A stretch of 62,186 bases of DNA, counting the filler, from Bipalium vagum (lineage: Eukaryota), in assembly GCA_037834085.1 (NCBI GenBank). It is 3 parts of 3 records of this genome, joined end to end, with 100 filler letters (N's around TTAATTAATTAA, not from the genome) between each part and the next. Parts side by side here need not be neighbours in the genome. Positions count along the whole stretch, not along the records: positions 1 to 25,706 come from JBBMKC010182074.1; positions 25,807 to 45,855 come from JBBMKC010261326.1; 1 more part is not named here. The stretch is one strand, 5' to 3'. The notes under the pieces were generated by a model that saw only the letters and a program-made list of their open reading frames with translations, made no database searches and had not been told where the DNA came from. This document shows, in pieces, positions 12,701 through 25,968 of this stretch (position 1 is the stretch's first letter; every line of letters begins with the position of its first letter). The translations under genes and the position numbers were made by a program.

Positions 12701-14032
12701 TGTAATAGTTTAAAGTATTTAATGCACACAAAAAGGAATAAAATATGATCGATAACATGATCCGATTTCGGATTATTTTTTTGATCGAAAGGCCTAAAAT
12801 GTCGCTTTTAACCGATCTATTACACCAAGTACATTTTTTGACCGATTTTATATAAATACTTCACTTTTTCATGTTGATAATAAAGAAATGGATATTATGT
12901 TAATAAACAGCGTAGTGATTGGTGTTCCATCCAACGCAATTCTGTTTTTAAGAGAAAACAGCCTGTTATTACCATCATGTAATTTAAAATTCTTATTCTA
13001 CCTTATTAATGCTTTTAGATAAATGCGATTGTTGTGGCAAAATATTCAAAGAATGTACTTCAGAAAGAAAAATAGATTGTGTTTCATGACGCTGTTACGT
13101 GAAATGGGGAGCCTATTCCAAACTGTCTAAAGGTGCTCACAACCAAGGAATTGAATCGATTTGTGATAAGCTGAAGACTAAGATCACGTAAATGAAAGAA
13201 TCCTATACATATATATATATGAATGGATTTGGCGTCAAAATATTCAATCAATTTTTTATTTAAACTTGTAAATCGAAAATTATTTGTTTATTTTTCAAGA
13301 ATCTTTTTTGACCGATCAATCTTATTAAGTATCTTTTTTGGTCAAATCAAAAGGAATTTTCTGCCATTCTTCTAGGAGACATGCTTTTAACATTTTTTTT
13401 ATTATTAAATAATCCTGGTTTAGAGTTTATTGTGTAAATGCATTACGTACCGTGTAACCTCAAAAAACTATAACTAATCTAATTAAACAAACAGCAAGAA
13501 TTAAGTTAATTATCTAATATATACAACATTCGTGCTCAAATATACACAAATTGAAAGTAAAATTTGCCAAATTTGAAATATTATCAATATATAAGCCGTT
13601 TTGTCTGGAAGTCTAATTTTAACAAAAATATTAATATTTCTCATATTGATTTGTAAATTTTACACAATGCAATCTCAAAAATTTATTTATAATAAATTAT
13701 AGTTTTATAACTAAAAATATTTTATTAAGAAATTAAATAAAATGGAAAACAGAACTAGTGAGCATAATAAGATGTATTTTACAAAATAAATGACAAATGT
13801 CAAATATTATTATAATCATAAAATATCACATTAATAATAAGTCACTAAACGGCATAAATTCGTAAATATTAAAATAATAGTCAAAAGCAATAATTTTACC
13901 AGCAAAAAAATTATTTTACATTGTAGTAGATTGTTAAGAATTTCTTTAAGCTCTAAATATCAAACACATTCTCTAAATGTACACGTAGACAACCTAGGCA
14001 AACATAGAAAATGTGTATAATAAACAACTATT

Positions 14033-15040
14033 TTATAATGAAACTGAAATCTCGTCATCATAACTGCTTTCACAACCTGATGAAGAATAGTCCATAAATT
14101 TCCATTCATCTGTATTCCAAAGATCTTGAAAAGGTATTTCAGTACGGGCTAAGATGTAATTGCTTGTTTTCAGAGCTATAACTTCAATGGTATCATGAGC
14201 AAAGTTATTTAAAATGTGGCTTCCATCTTTTGTTGCTTTTTCTAGATCTTCTCGTCTCTTCAATATTTTCTCAATTCTCAATTTATCTTTATAAAATTCC
14301 GAAAAATTACTGACTATAATTGGTATTGGCAATGCTACTACCAATACTCCGATAACACAACATAAAGACGCAAAAACCTGGCCCAATGGTGATTCCGGAT
14401 AAACATCCCCATAGCCAACGGTAGACATACTAATTATTGCCCACCAGAATGTATGAGGGATGCTGGGAAACATCACGATATTAGTATCTTTTTCAGCAAA
14501 ATAAACTAAGCTGGAGAAAAGAGACACTCCTATGGCAATAAAACTTACGAGAAGACCTAGCTCTTTGTAACTTTTTTGAAGTGTATATCCTAATGACTGA
14601 AGTCCAATGGAATGACGAGCTAACTTCAAGACTCGTAAGATTCTTAAAATCCGGAATACCTGAACTACTCTGCTAATTGACTCAAGCTTATCACTATGGC
14701 TTTTATATACATTAGTAACTATGAGAGTCAGAAAAAATGGCGCTATAGCAATTACGTCAATAATATTCAAAAATTCCTTGATAAATTGTAACGGATCAGA
14801 TACAGATATGAGTCGCAATACATACTCTAAAGTAAACCATGTTATACAGATATATTCGATAATTTCAAATACATCGTTTTGTAAATTCTCTGGATGACCG
14901 TCCTTGACCAATTTTCCAATTGCTAAGGAATTCTTGTCTTCCGTACTTGATTTATTTGTTTTGTTTCCAAATGGAACAGTACTTACAACAAGACAAACTG
15001 TTGATAAGACAATAAATAGTATCGATATCACAGCCATTAC
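14033..15040 (-). CDS. Shab: Voltage-gated potassium channel Kv2/Shab, terminal exon (S1-S6 and C-terminus)
   Basis: S4 RVVQVFRILRILRVLKLARHSIGLQSLGYTL, pore WWAIISMSTVGYGD, S6 ALPIPIIV and Kv2-type EFYK..R.EK..KRRE.LE.A..GS. Phase-0 acceptor cttcatttag|GTAATG at 15041/15040, at the position of the conserved Kv2 intron before S1. T1 exon not found in the window. Confidence 0.93.
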   Translation of the reverse strand, partial: VMAVISILFIVLSTVCLVVSTVPFGNKTNKSSTEDKNSLAIGKLVKDGHPENLQNDVFEIIEYICITWFTLEYVLRLISVSDPLQFIKEFLNIIDVIAIAPFFLTLIVTNVYKSHSDKLESISRVVQVFRILRILRVLKLARHSIGLQSLGYTLQKSYKELGLLVSFIAIGVSLFSSLVYFAEKDTNIVMFPSIPHTFWWAIISMSTVGYGDVYPESPLGQVFASLCCVIGVLVVALPIPIIVSNFSEFYKDKLRIEKILKRREDLEKATKDGSHILNNFAHDTIEVIALKTSNYILARTEIPFQDLWNTDEWKFMDYSSSGCESSYDDEISVSL

Positions 15041-15454
15041 CTAAATGAAGAAAATCATGATAAATCATTATAAAAAATATTAATAATTATATATATTTAT
15101 AAGTTTTATTATTAGAAAGTTTTTAATGTTTTTATACCATTAAGATAAGTCCAATTTTTGAATTCCGGTTTTAGAAATCATTACAATAAGAAGAAATATA
15201 TACACTATCTACAAGAAGTATTCGTACGTTCTCTTCATTTATAAAATATTTCGATTTATAAAGCAGTATGAAACTTATTGAAAAATAATCGTAATCAAAT
15301 CTACAGCATATTAATCTATAAGTATCAAATGGCACAAAGATCAAAAAATATGGACTTAGGTTTTGAAAACTCAGGAAATTAAGACCACAAGAATTATTCG
15401 TACGATTAAATTTATGACATATAAACAAAAAGTATTAAATATATCTGACATGTT

Positions 15455-15990
15455 TAATATTTTATTGGTCTTCCTTTTCTGTTAAGCACCATTTGACATA
15501 TATCATGCATTGACTAGGCAGGCTTTTGATAAATCAAAAGGAATTTTCTGCGATTCTAGTATGAGACATGCTTTTAACATTTCTTTTCTGCTTATCTTCA
15601 TCTCTCAGAGTTTTCTTTTCAAGTAGGCTCATAAATTTCAATATGATTCATTTCCGGTGATTGACCCACGCATTTCATGACCTCAATACCTGCATCTGTG
15701 AGCCACCTTGTCACAATCTTCACCGTATGTTTCGGATCCCTATCATGCTAAAACTTGAAATTATTTTCCAAACCAACTTATGGAGCTGTTTGCACCAATT
15801 TGTCTTTCAAAATTTTAATATATTCTTCTTTTTCCATTATGCTATCGATAAAGTGTAATTTCTCCACTCCAGGACTCGAAAAACATCCCAATACCATGAC
15901 TGATTCACCACCATGCTTAACTGTCGACCGGGTTCCATTTGACTTCTTCTTTCACTTTCATTCTTCTTTCATTTCTTCTTTCACAGTCCG
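15455..15990 (-). mobile_element. Tc1 (DD34E) transposase relic
   Basis: STVKHGGESVMVLGCFS..GV..LHFIDSIMEKEEYIKIL...HDRDPKHT...QSPEMNHIE. A ~55-bp related fragment occurs at about 13343-13400. Confidence 0.85.
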
Positions 15991-16689
15991 ACTATAGGAC
16001 AGTGTTGCATCCATGTGATCACTCAGAAGTTCTCTGACTCATTTCACCATTTTATGATATTTTGTATATACTGAAGGAAATATTTCTTTAATAAATAACA
16101 AAGCCCAAGTAAATATATATATAAATATTATTTTTTAAAAAGATTAATAAATTTTCTTTTTTTTAAATTAAAGAAAAAACTTTCAATTATATTTATTGAC
16201 CAAAAACAAAACTGCATGTGATTGCATCAGTGATTTTTAGAGTGGCAATCTTAAACAAGTCAATTTAAACAAAAGAGATTAAAGAGAATCTAACTTAAAA
16301 TAGACCACTAAAAGCCTGAAGAGACCTCTAAAAGCTCTTTGGTCAACACATATCTTTGATAGTATAAAACGTGAAGAATCTCTATAATGGCATCAGATTA
16401 ATTTAATATTATTCACAATTAAAAGATTTAATTAATTTGTGGATATTGAAAACAGAAATTAACAAAATATGAGATATCGTATTTTCTAAAAGAAAAATTA
16501 CTTTTACAATATATTGTTTTACTGAATTAAGAATGATTTATTTTCATAATGTTAAGTGTATATTTAAGTGGATAAAATATAAAATAATAATATAATTTTT
16601 AAAAGTGAAACTGGGACGTTTTCTTTTACTAAAACAAAATATTATTTGTGGAAATTTTACTGATAATCTTTATGTTAATGAAGAAATGA

Positions 16690-17095
16690 ATTGAAGAAAG
16701 AGTTCCACATTTCACGAACATATTCTACCTAGATCCAAAATGTACAGAAAAGATCTTAAGTATTTTCTTTATTATCTAGAAACGACATTGAATGCGCCCC
16801 TTTTGACTACCATCTGTTTCTGTCGATAGCACTCTCACTTTCCGAGAAGCACTTTCAATCCTTTGAGGAAGCTAAAAAATGGATCACTGATTGGATAGCC
16901 ACCAAAAATGCCGATTTCTTTTATCGAGGAATTATCAGGTTCCTGTAAAATGAGAGAAAGTTATTATTAACGATGGAAAATTATTTTGAATAATTTTCTT
17001 TTTCGTTTTATGTTTACTTAATATTTATATTATTTTTTAAATAAAGAAACAATATTGTAAAAAAAGGCTCACTTCCAATGCATAAGCCTAATCTT
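16690..17095 (+). mobile_element. mariner (DD34D) C-terminal relic
   Basis: APFDYHLFLS...EKHFQSFEEAKKWITDWIATKNADFFYRGI...KVIINDG. Confidence 0.75.
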
Positions 17096-20000
17096 TATAA
17101 AAATGAAAGGAACTTACAAAATCAAGTGAAATAACACATGAATTTCACCAGTCAATTTCATCTATCAACTGAAATTGCTGTTGAAAAATGTTCCCAAATA
17201 CACTTATCTCCTCAAATGACAACTGGAGGACAGGAAGTATAATTATTAATAATTAATAATTTGTAAATGATAAATAATCTCTCTAAAGACAATCTCTTGC
17301 CTATAAACAATTAATTTAATCTATATTTTTGTTAACGAGACGTGACGGATCAATGAGTGTTATCAGCAGTAACTATCGTAATAGAAAGTAATTATTTTCA
17401 AGTGCAATAATTCATTAGGTTTTGCTTCAGTACGAAAGCAGAATTGTTCTGAATTATTCCATAAAATTCAATGACAACTTTAATTAGTAATAAATGTTCA
17501 TAAAATATTGCTTAAGGGATTAGGAAATGGGAAATCGGAGGATTTCTTCGATTATGATTTGTTTAATTATCGTCAAAATCTAAAGATTATTTTGTTTTCT
17601 TTTTCGGCAGAGATCAGGGAAATATTTGATGAATTTAACATCGCGGGCATTAAGTAATAAAATGTTAATTTATTTTGATCAATTGACATCATCTTCTTTT
17701 GCGAGTATAACGTACGTTTGATCATTAAAACATAATTGCAAATTTTAATAATAAATGTGAATGTTAACATGACGGCTAAAATAATGGCAATAGGGAGAAT
17801 ATATGTTAATTTAATTGTAGAGCGTTAACTATATAAATTAGTTTTAAGTAATAATTAAGACCGAACTGAAATGCTTCTTTTCAACAATGAAATTTAGCTT
17901 AATAAACTTTTCTGTGTTAAATCATGTGGAATCTATAAATCAAGTTTTTTTAATTCTAGATTTCTGGAAATGGTTCAAAACGGTTTGACGATGATTTCTT
18001 CCGTAAATTCATGGTTTTTATATAAATGTCTTCCATTATTATGTGAATGATTTCCGATTGGTTGATCAACCAGAGAGAGGTGAATCTCTGACGTCCAAAT
18101 TTTCTTAGATAAATCAGTGAGCCATTCACAGCATATGTACCTCAAACTGTACAAATCTTTTTAGCTACCTGCTACCTATAATTTTAAATCTAAAGATGTT
18201 TTAATTTGATGCGTTAATTGGTTTGATTAAACAAATATTAATATAATCACATAGGAACCATAGATACTGAAATGCTGAAGACTTTCAATAATACAAATAT
18301 ATCTTAGTTAAATTCAGAAAAAATAAATATAATTTTGAAAAATTTCTTACAATACATTTTTCAATATCGAAATAATTTGGAATTTAATTTTATATATATA
18401 TATATATATATTATGAGATTGTATATTTTTGTGGAATTTCTTAGCTCATAATTTTTATTTAATGTTTTAAGCAACAGAAGTTAAAGAACCTATATATCAA
18501 TAACTTTAATTAAAATTTACTGAAGTGGAATTGATGTAAAAATAATTGATGAAGCTGAAATCAATGACATTAAATAAAAACAATTGATCAAAATGAAAAT
18601 ATACAGATAATAAAATAATAAGAAAATTGTTATAAAGTAACATGAAAATTCTCGAGAAAAAGGTTATAATAAAAATATACTTACGAAATACTAAAGATAT
18701 TTATTAAAACAAATTAAATAAAAATAAATAAATTGTAGAATGGCGTGGTAAAGTACAAAAATATTTAAAATAATAAAATCAATTAATAAGGTTTATGTCT
18801 AACGTAAAAATTTTTTCATAGAAAGAATTATTCTGAAAGCGAAAACCCTGATAGTATATACGTGATGTGTCCAATAAATGCTGAGCCCAAATACATTAAA
18901 AAATCAAAACTGAGTATGTAATTTTAATATTTGTGCATAATTTAAACGAATTGATAGATTGTATTAAAAAATCTGAAATTTCATAGTTTCAAAGAATGCA
19001 TTTTTTTATTAATTTTGGTGATTCTTTACCATTAGTGTTTTTTCATGCTGTGACCAGAGACTTTTCGAATGACCTAGTATATATAGAAATTAAAGGAATT
19101 ATTTAATTCTTATTAAGAAAACACTAAAATATTAATAAAATTAAGAATTCAATTATACTAATAAGTTTATAATTATAAAAATAATAATGATTATATTAAT
19201 CATTAATAAATTTTATTATTATTATTGAAATTTGAAAATTATATTTTGGTAGACAAGATCCTTCTTTAAATCCATCAGACAAGATTGTCTATGCTGAAAT
19301 TTACACTTGTCAGTGAACCTAAATTTTGTTTTTATGACGAGGACTGCTTTCAAACATATTGCAAAAAATTTTAAATAAAGAATATGAACATTGAAAATAT
19401 CATTAAAAATCTATATCTTTCATTTTCTAAACTTTCTTATAATGGACAAATGTGATATAAAAAAGCTATGAAATGGAATAGGTTGTCTTTTACTTAAACC
19501 CCTTCAATTCTAACTATCAAGTTATGAAAACAACCTTTTGACAAAAGTAAAAAATGTAAATATTTTTATCCATAATTTTTCAGTCCGAAATTCAGATAAG
19601 TTGATTAAGTGATTTGTGAGAATTCTTCGATAAACCACTCAAACTGAATTTATTATTAATGTAAAAGGGAGCTTTGATTTATGATAGTCCTCAATTGACA
19701 CTAGGAAAAACCCATTTATTCAATAATTAAGTAAAAAGTTATCTGTTTAATGGATTAAAATCTGTCCAGAACGAGAAAATGTAATCATATATGAAGCCGA
19801 TGGGAAATTGTACCCAAATGCTAACAAGCTGATATTTATCAAAACATGAACTGTTCTAATAGTTGGGTCCTATAAACAATAATAGATGCCAATATTAATT
19901 GGTTTTTCAAAATAACTATATTTTATTATTATTTTAATATATATATTACATTCAAACAAAAAATCAAGACTTTTGTTTAATAGTAGTAATTTTAAAAATA

Positions 20001-22099
20001 AAATAAATAATTCAAATATATCCTATTTTTATATCTATGAATTATTTTTAATAAATTGTTTTATATTAATGTAAAAACTGTACCTTAAACTACACGGAAT
20101 CAAAAAAGTAATAAAAAATAATTATATGTAATAAATCAATAAGTATTATGATAATAAAAATTGAACAAGATCTTATTTATTTCGGAACAAAAAATCCTTC
20201 CAAAAAACTAAATTTAAAAGAAAAGAGATTATTATTAAATTATGATTACCAGAGGTAATTTAATATCTCTTTCGGTATAAATGATTATAACTGAATTTGC
20301 AGTTCAATCGTCTTCTTCTATAACGATATAATCAAAGCCAACGAACCATTCATTATGTTAACCAGATTTGTCCCTTTCAAAGTTTTCATTTGCTTTGGAA
20401 ACATTAATTATACAGGAAAATTATTTAATGAAAGTTCAGTTAATGGATTTATAAAAGCTCTTCTTTCTGAAGGGTTATTTTATAACCTCTTTGACTAGTT
20501 CAACTCGTTTAGTGACGATTATAATCAATTGATTTGTTAGTTATATTATTAAATAAAGTCAAATAATATATTATATCTTTGTGATCTCAAAAAAACTAAT
20601 AGGAAACATTTTATGGGATTCAAATCTGGATTTATCTTTGTTTTATCTTCTCCTATTAGCATCTTTGATAACAATGTTTCCCCTACCGTTTCTTAAGCAA
20701 ATTGCAAAGAAAATTACCACCACCAATGTTTCTTTCTGTCAATTTATGATGTACCAAAGTATCATAGCGAGAGATACATAATATTTCTACGAGATGAGTA
20801 CACAGGTTATTTCACAGCTGTTTGTTATTTTTAACATATCTTATATGCCTCACATTGTTCTGTATTGCCTTTTTTGAGATAGAGTAACTTTATGCTCATT
20901 TTTGTTAGCAGTGTTTAATAATGTTATGTCAGGTGTGAGTTGAAAAGATGTTTTAAAATTTTGATAGCTGCTGTGTTATCGCATGACCTCGATAATTTTG
21001 ATACATTTTCTGTTCGTGGTTGATTAATTAGAATAAGATCAATCAAACATATTTGTTTAATAAGTAATAAAATTAGCTTTATACTCTAAAATCCTGTAGA
21101 ATTTTTTTTGGTCCAGAACTTTTCGGAAAACTAGACGAGTACGGAATTATTTGAGTATTTTTGTGGAAAAAGGGGAAAATTCGTTTATTTTCAAATATTT
21201 CTGAATAATCATATCCAAGAGGTATCGAGTCTGTCATTAATATTGTTAAAAACGATTTCGTTTTCTTGATATTGAAACTTAAAATTGTCACCAAACCACT
21301 AATCTTGCGCAATTATTAAATCACTCATGTCATTCAGAACTTTTTAAAAAATTTGAAAGGAATTCAGTAAGTGTTTTATGAAGTTAGAAGCCTTCTTGAA
21401 ATGATTTTATTATTTTCTGTTCTTTTAGTTCACTGGAAGCAATTCAAAGCGAAAATTGAATTATGGATTTAATAGATTTAAATCATTAAACATTGAGTGC
21501 TGAAGAAGTCCTTTTAATCAACCAGTAATCATACATAATATTGAATATATGAATAGAATATATATGGTGATAAATATCTTTCTTTGAAGTATGACTCTTA
21601 GCATTGTTGAATATTAATAAAATTATATTTTGCGGTGTTAATGCAGTAAGAAACATATTTTCTATCAAATTATTGAACAGTTTTATAAATCCAAGATTTT
21701 TCAGAAGAAATATGCAAAACACCATTTACAATCTAGATGAATTTAATCTTTGGTTTAAAAACGAGATTGGGCATAACTCCTTGCAGTGGCAAAATCTGCC
21801 CAAATACCTTTTACTCAGAATCTAGACATTTTCCTACTGAGAACATCAACTTTATCATAAAGTTGGCAAAGTCAATTCACATTTATTTATTTAAAGGTTA
21901 CATAGACATATATTTTCTGAGTACTTAGATTTTCTAGTAATTTGTTTGATCCAGAATTTCTGGAAACATATTACAATTTACATGGTGATTGATAATTAAC
22001 TCCCTATTGAATTATTGAATTATTTTTTTCAACTTATAAGGTATTTATAACATAAATTAAACCGATTATTTTAATATTAAGATTTAAAAATAATATGAC

Positions 22100-22537
22100 C
22101 AAGCGTTTATGCAAGATGGTGCTCCTCCACATTTTGCTATCATTTTTCGTCAATGGCTGAATAAGCATTTTCCTGGGAGATGGTTTGATCGTCGTGGTCC
22201 TCATGAATGGCCGGCCAGAAGCCTTGATTTAACACCCTGTGATTTTTTCCTTTGGGGTTGGTTGAAGGAGAAAGTTTATTCCACCAAACCAAAGACTTTA
22301 GAAGAACTTGAAGTGCGATTACAAGAAAACCTTTCTGCCATCCCACAAGAGTTCCTACAAAGATCAGTCGATTCGATTCCCGAGAGACTTAGGAACTTAC
22401 AGACGAATGCTGGTTCACATTTTGAATTTTAAATAAAACTACATTTTGTGTTTGTTTTTTTTATATTAATTTTTCGTAAAAATAATATTCAGAAAAAAAG
22501 ACTTTTACAATAGGGAGTTATTTATCAATTAACCTGT
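22100..22537 (+). mobile_element. 5'-truncated DD41D (rosa/VS) transposon with right TIR
   Basis: QDGAPPH...WPARSLDLTPCDFFLWG with 41 residues between the catalytic D residues. Ends ..aattaacctg followed by ta. Confidence 0.9.
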
Positions 22538-22937
22538 ACATAAACCTGAAATAAAATCGACGATATATACGAACAAATAACGATCAAAACTTGGCATCAA
22601 CAAACAAAACCGAAACAAAACTCTAAACATGATTTTATAAAATCAATAAGCAATCAACAAAAAATTAAATATTGATTTTAAAGTACAAATCAAAAATAAA
22701 AAATATCGATATTTCCCCCTACCCTGAAAGAGTCGTTCCACGGTATTCGTGTTCAAAATACAAAAAAGTCGGAAAAATCGCGGAAATTAAAACAATGACG
22801 AAAAAGGATTTCCAAAATTAATAATTGTATTTGTCTTATTATTCATAAATCGATCGATAATGATTATTGATTTAAGCAGTAGCCACACACATCTTTCCTC
22901 CCGTGCTCCGTGGTCAAGGGAACAAAAACGACAGGCA

Positions 22938-23033
22938 CACTGTGAGACAGAGAGAGAAAGGGAGGAAAGCGTGCTCAACACACTGTGAGAAATAGAGTGA
23001 AAGGGAGGAAAGCGTGCCCAACACACAGTGAAA
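22938..23033. repeat. 43-bp tandem duplication (2 copies plus a partial third)
   Basis: cactgtgaga...gaaagggaggaaagcgtgc(t/c)caaca at 22938-22980 and 22981-23023. Confidence 0.9.
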
Positions 23034-23300
23034 CATTCACTTCTTTCATTCGCTTTCATTAACAATATAACTAATAATATTGGTAATCGATAACGTTAAC
23101 AGTAATAATAATAATTGAAAATATCATTATTAATCAATTAAGAATAATAGAATAATCATTAATAATAATAATAAAATTATCAAAAAATTTTAATCATTTT
23201 AATAACATAATAATTAATCATCACTAATAATAATCGATGAAAATAATTAAATATTCCCTCCAGTGCTTCACCCAGCGTAACAGAAAAAAAGAATACTCAC

Positions 23301-24305
23301 GTGCGTAAACCCGACAACATTGGTGATATTATTGGACGAGTTCCGGACGATGTTCATCATCAGATTGGCCAGATTGCACTCGTTGTTTGTTTCCTCAATC
23401 GTTTTTATAGCACTGTGCAATGACATGATCGTTTTGTAATCGCTTGTCGACAGACCTATAGTCACCGTATTTTGGACCCCATTTTGACCACCACCCACAC
23501 CGCCGCCTGCGTTTTTCGACGCATTTGCCAAGATCAGATTGGAAATGATCTGTGCACTGTTCCTGGCATCCTTGCAGCCGTTCTCCTTGACAAACCGTTT
23601 CCTGCACGTTTGACTGGTCGCCGAATTGGATTTTGACGTATCCGACTGCGTAAGATCGTCGCTTTTGATGCTTCGACAATCGTTAACGTTGCCGGTGCCA
23701 CTGATAGGGTGATTTCCCTTCGTTTTGCGTCGGTTGGTCGACATAGAATTGGAGAACGATTTCCCGACTGTGATAAAGTTGTCTTTGAGACCGACTAGTT
23801 CACCCTGAACGTCGAACACATGCGAATGGCGCAACAGGAACGCCGTGAACAGCGATTGGTTACCGATGACCAGACGAACATTGTCGGAAGCCTGGGACAA
23901 GTGTCCGGCCAGACTTTTGATTGGAATCCACTTTTCGTCCTTCTTCAGCAAATGGCTCTGGAAATATTTAACCGCTTCCGATTCCAGCGCCAAATCGATT
24001 TCGTCGACAGACAGTCGTCGTTTGTTGATCAAGCGAGCCGAATGGACGACGTTGGTTGGCAACGGTTCACTGTGACAGGAATTATCGCTCGATACTGGAA
24101 ACACAAACTCTGCATCGTAATGAAATAGAGAAGGATATTGTTTTAAAAACAACACAGTTTCGTTGATCAGATAATCGTACGTTACCACTTGCTGTGGAAA
24201 GAATTTTGTTTGATAAGTTTCCGCTATTAAATTTAAAGGTAAAGGTCCTTTGCTGTAGAGCATTTCGAGAAAATAAAGAGCCAGTTGTAAATTATGGTCT
24301 GCCAT
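23301..24305 (-). CDS. egl: Egalitarian homolog, first coding exon (N-terminal Egl winged-helix-like repeats)
   Basis: LYFLEMLYSKGP...LFLKQYPSLF and EAVKYFQSHLL...IPIKSLAGHLSQASDNVR...FTAFLLRHSHVFDV match Drosophila Egl motifs (LFFLERLLDKG; VPVRSLLGHRSQASPQVR). Phase-0 donor CAC|gtgagt at 23301/23300. Probable 76-nt 5'UTR intron at 24327-24402. Confidence 0.88.
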
Positions 24306-25215
24306 TTATCTTTAACTACAAACTATCTGAAATGGAAAGGCAATGATGAGATGCTGGATTTTGCGTATTGATCAAATTCAAATGAATTTGGTGATTACTT
24401 ACATGATATAAGTATGGAATATACGTTAATAAACGAAATTCCGAAAAACGAAATTTAATGTTTTTATAAAGTTGGTTAGTTTTATTTAAAAAATGATTTA
24501 AAACAACAAAACAAATTATTGTTTAATATGTCAATTTTAAAATAATATATAAATAAAAATGTACACTAATCAATGTATTCTATTAATACATTGATTACCT
24601 TTTAATTTTTATTTCTTTTTTATTTATGGTTATCTCACGAAGGAAATAAAATCCTATTTTATTAACTTTTCTCAATATGTATTAATAAAACAAATTTGAT
24701 TACATGTTCATTTTAATGTATCGATGCTAAATATTCACTGGTTTCATTATAGATAATATTGAAAGTTTACATATTTAGGTACATATTCTTAATATAAATT
24801 ACAAAAGAGATAATATTTCCATTTTATTGATGGATTTTATTTTTTTTCAGGCTGATTTAATAAAGAAATGATTAATATAGTCACAAATAAAGAATCTGGT
24901 AAAACTGTGATGGAGTATAAGAGGACAAAATAGAAGTCATCGAGAAAATGATGAGATAACAATTTACTTGAATCAATTATCAATATTTGATAATTCTGTA
25001 AATGATAAATCCAATCAACGACATGCAATGATTATCAGTTAATGAATTTGTCAAAGTGGGGGAATTCATTTGCAGCATAGATTTTTCTTTTAAAATTTTC
25101 ATTTTCAGTTTATCTTCTCTTTTATGGCTTTATATAATAATAATAATATATAATAATAATAATTATAAGAATGATATAATTTCAAATAAAAATTTAAGTG
25201 TATAATAATAATAAC

Positions 25216-25246
<31 letters not shown>

Positions 25247-25706
25247 TTCTAGTTTTACCCTACCTTAATTATGCCAACTTGTCAAGGTTAGATAAAATCT
25301 GCAATTAGAGACTGATTTTAGAATAAGAAGAGTAAAAATGGAATTGACATTCTATGATTAGAAAAATAGCCAACGACGGAGTAGTCGGCTGACCAAAAAT
25401 AAAAGTGAAGTTGACGAAGAGAATGAGCCAAAGTACGGAACGATATTTTTTTAGTAAATCGATTTTTTTGGAGAAGACCAGCATTTATTTGGCGAAAATC
25501 ATTTTTGAGTTAGAAGATTCATTGTGCAGCTTATAGCGAGATTTGCCAAACCCATATTCAGTTAACTCGAGCTTATAGTAATGTTGAGTTCGAACACCGA
25601 CAAAGATTTATTTATTACTTTAAAATTACGAATAAACTTAGGGCTCACCAACTCCCGTTTGAAGGAAGTGTATATAATAAGAGAACACTGAAATAACTAA
25701 GATAAC

Positions 25707-25806
25707 NNNNNNNNNNNNNNNNNNNNNNNNNNNNNNNNNNNNNNNNNNNNTTAATTAATTAANNNNNNNNNNNNNNNNNNNNNNNNNNNNNNNNNNNNNN
25801 NNNNNN
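25707..25806. other. Artificial contig linker N44-TTAATTAATTAA-N44
   Basis: Exactly 100 nt with a six-frame stop cassette in the centre. Identical to 45856-45955. Confidence 0.97.

Positions 25807-25879
<73 letters not shown>
25807..25879. repeat. (TAA)n microsatellite at contig end
   Basis: About 24 perfect TAA units. Confidence 0.95.
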
Positions 25880-25968
25880 TTGTAATAATACACTAAATAT
25901 TATATAGTTGTACTTAAACAGTTTTACTTATCAGTAGTAACCACATTATTTTAAAGTAAAATTCCTAC

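Noticed and set aside
12771-12790. DYFFDR, resembling the Kv T1 motif
   Set aside because: It is on the wrong strand, downstream of the channel exon, and part of a short dispersed ttttttga(c/t)cga repeat.
24830-25700. Exon-like segments upstream of egl as the continuation of the SET gene
   Set aside because: All frames contain stops and show no SET motifs, and they lie across an artificial linker. At most they are egl 5'UTR exons.
25751-25762. TTAATTAATTAA palindrome as a biological site
   Set aside because: It is embedded symmetrically in N runs and repeated exactly, so it is an assembly spacer.
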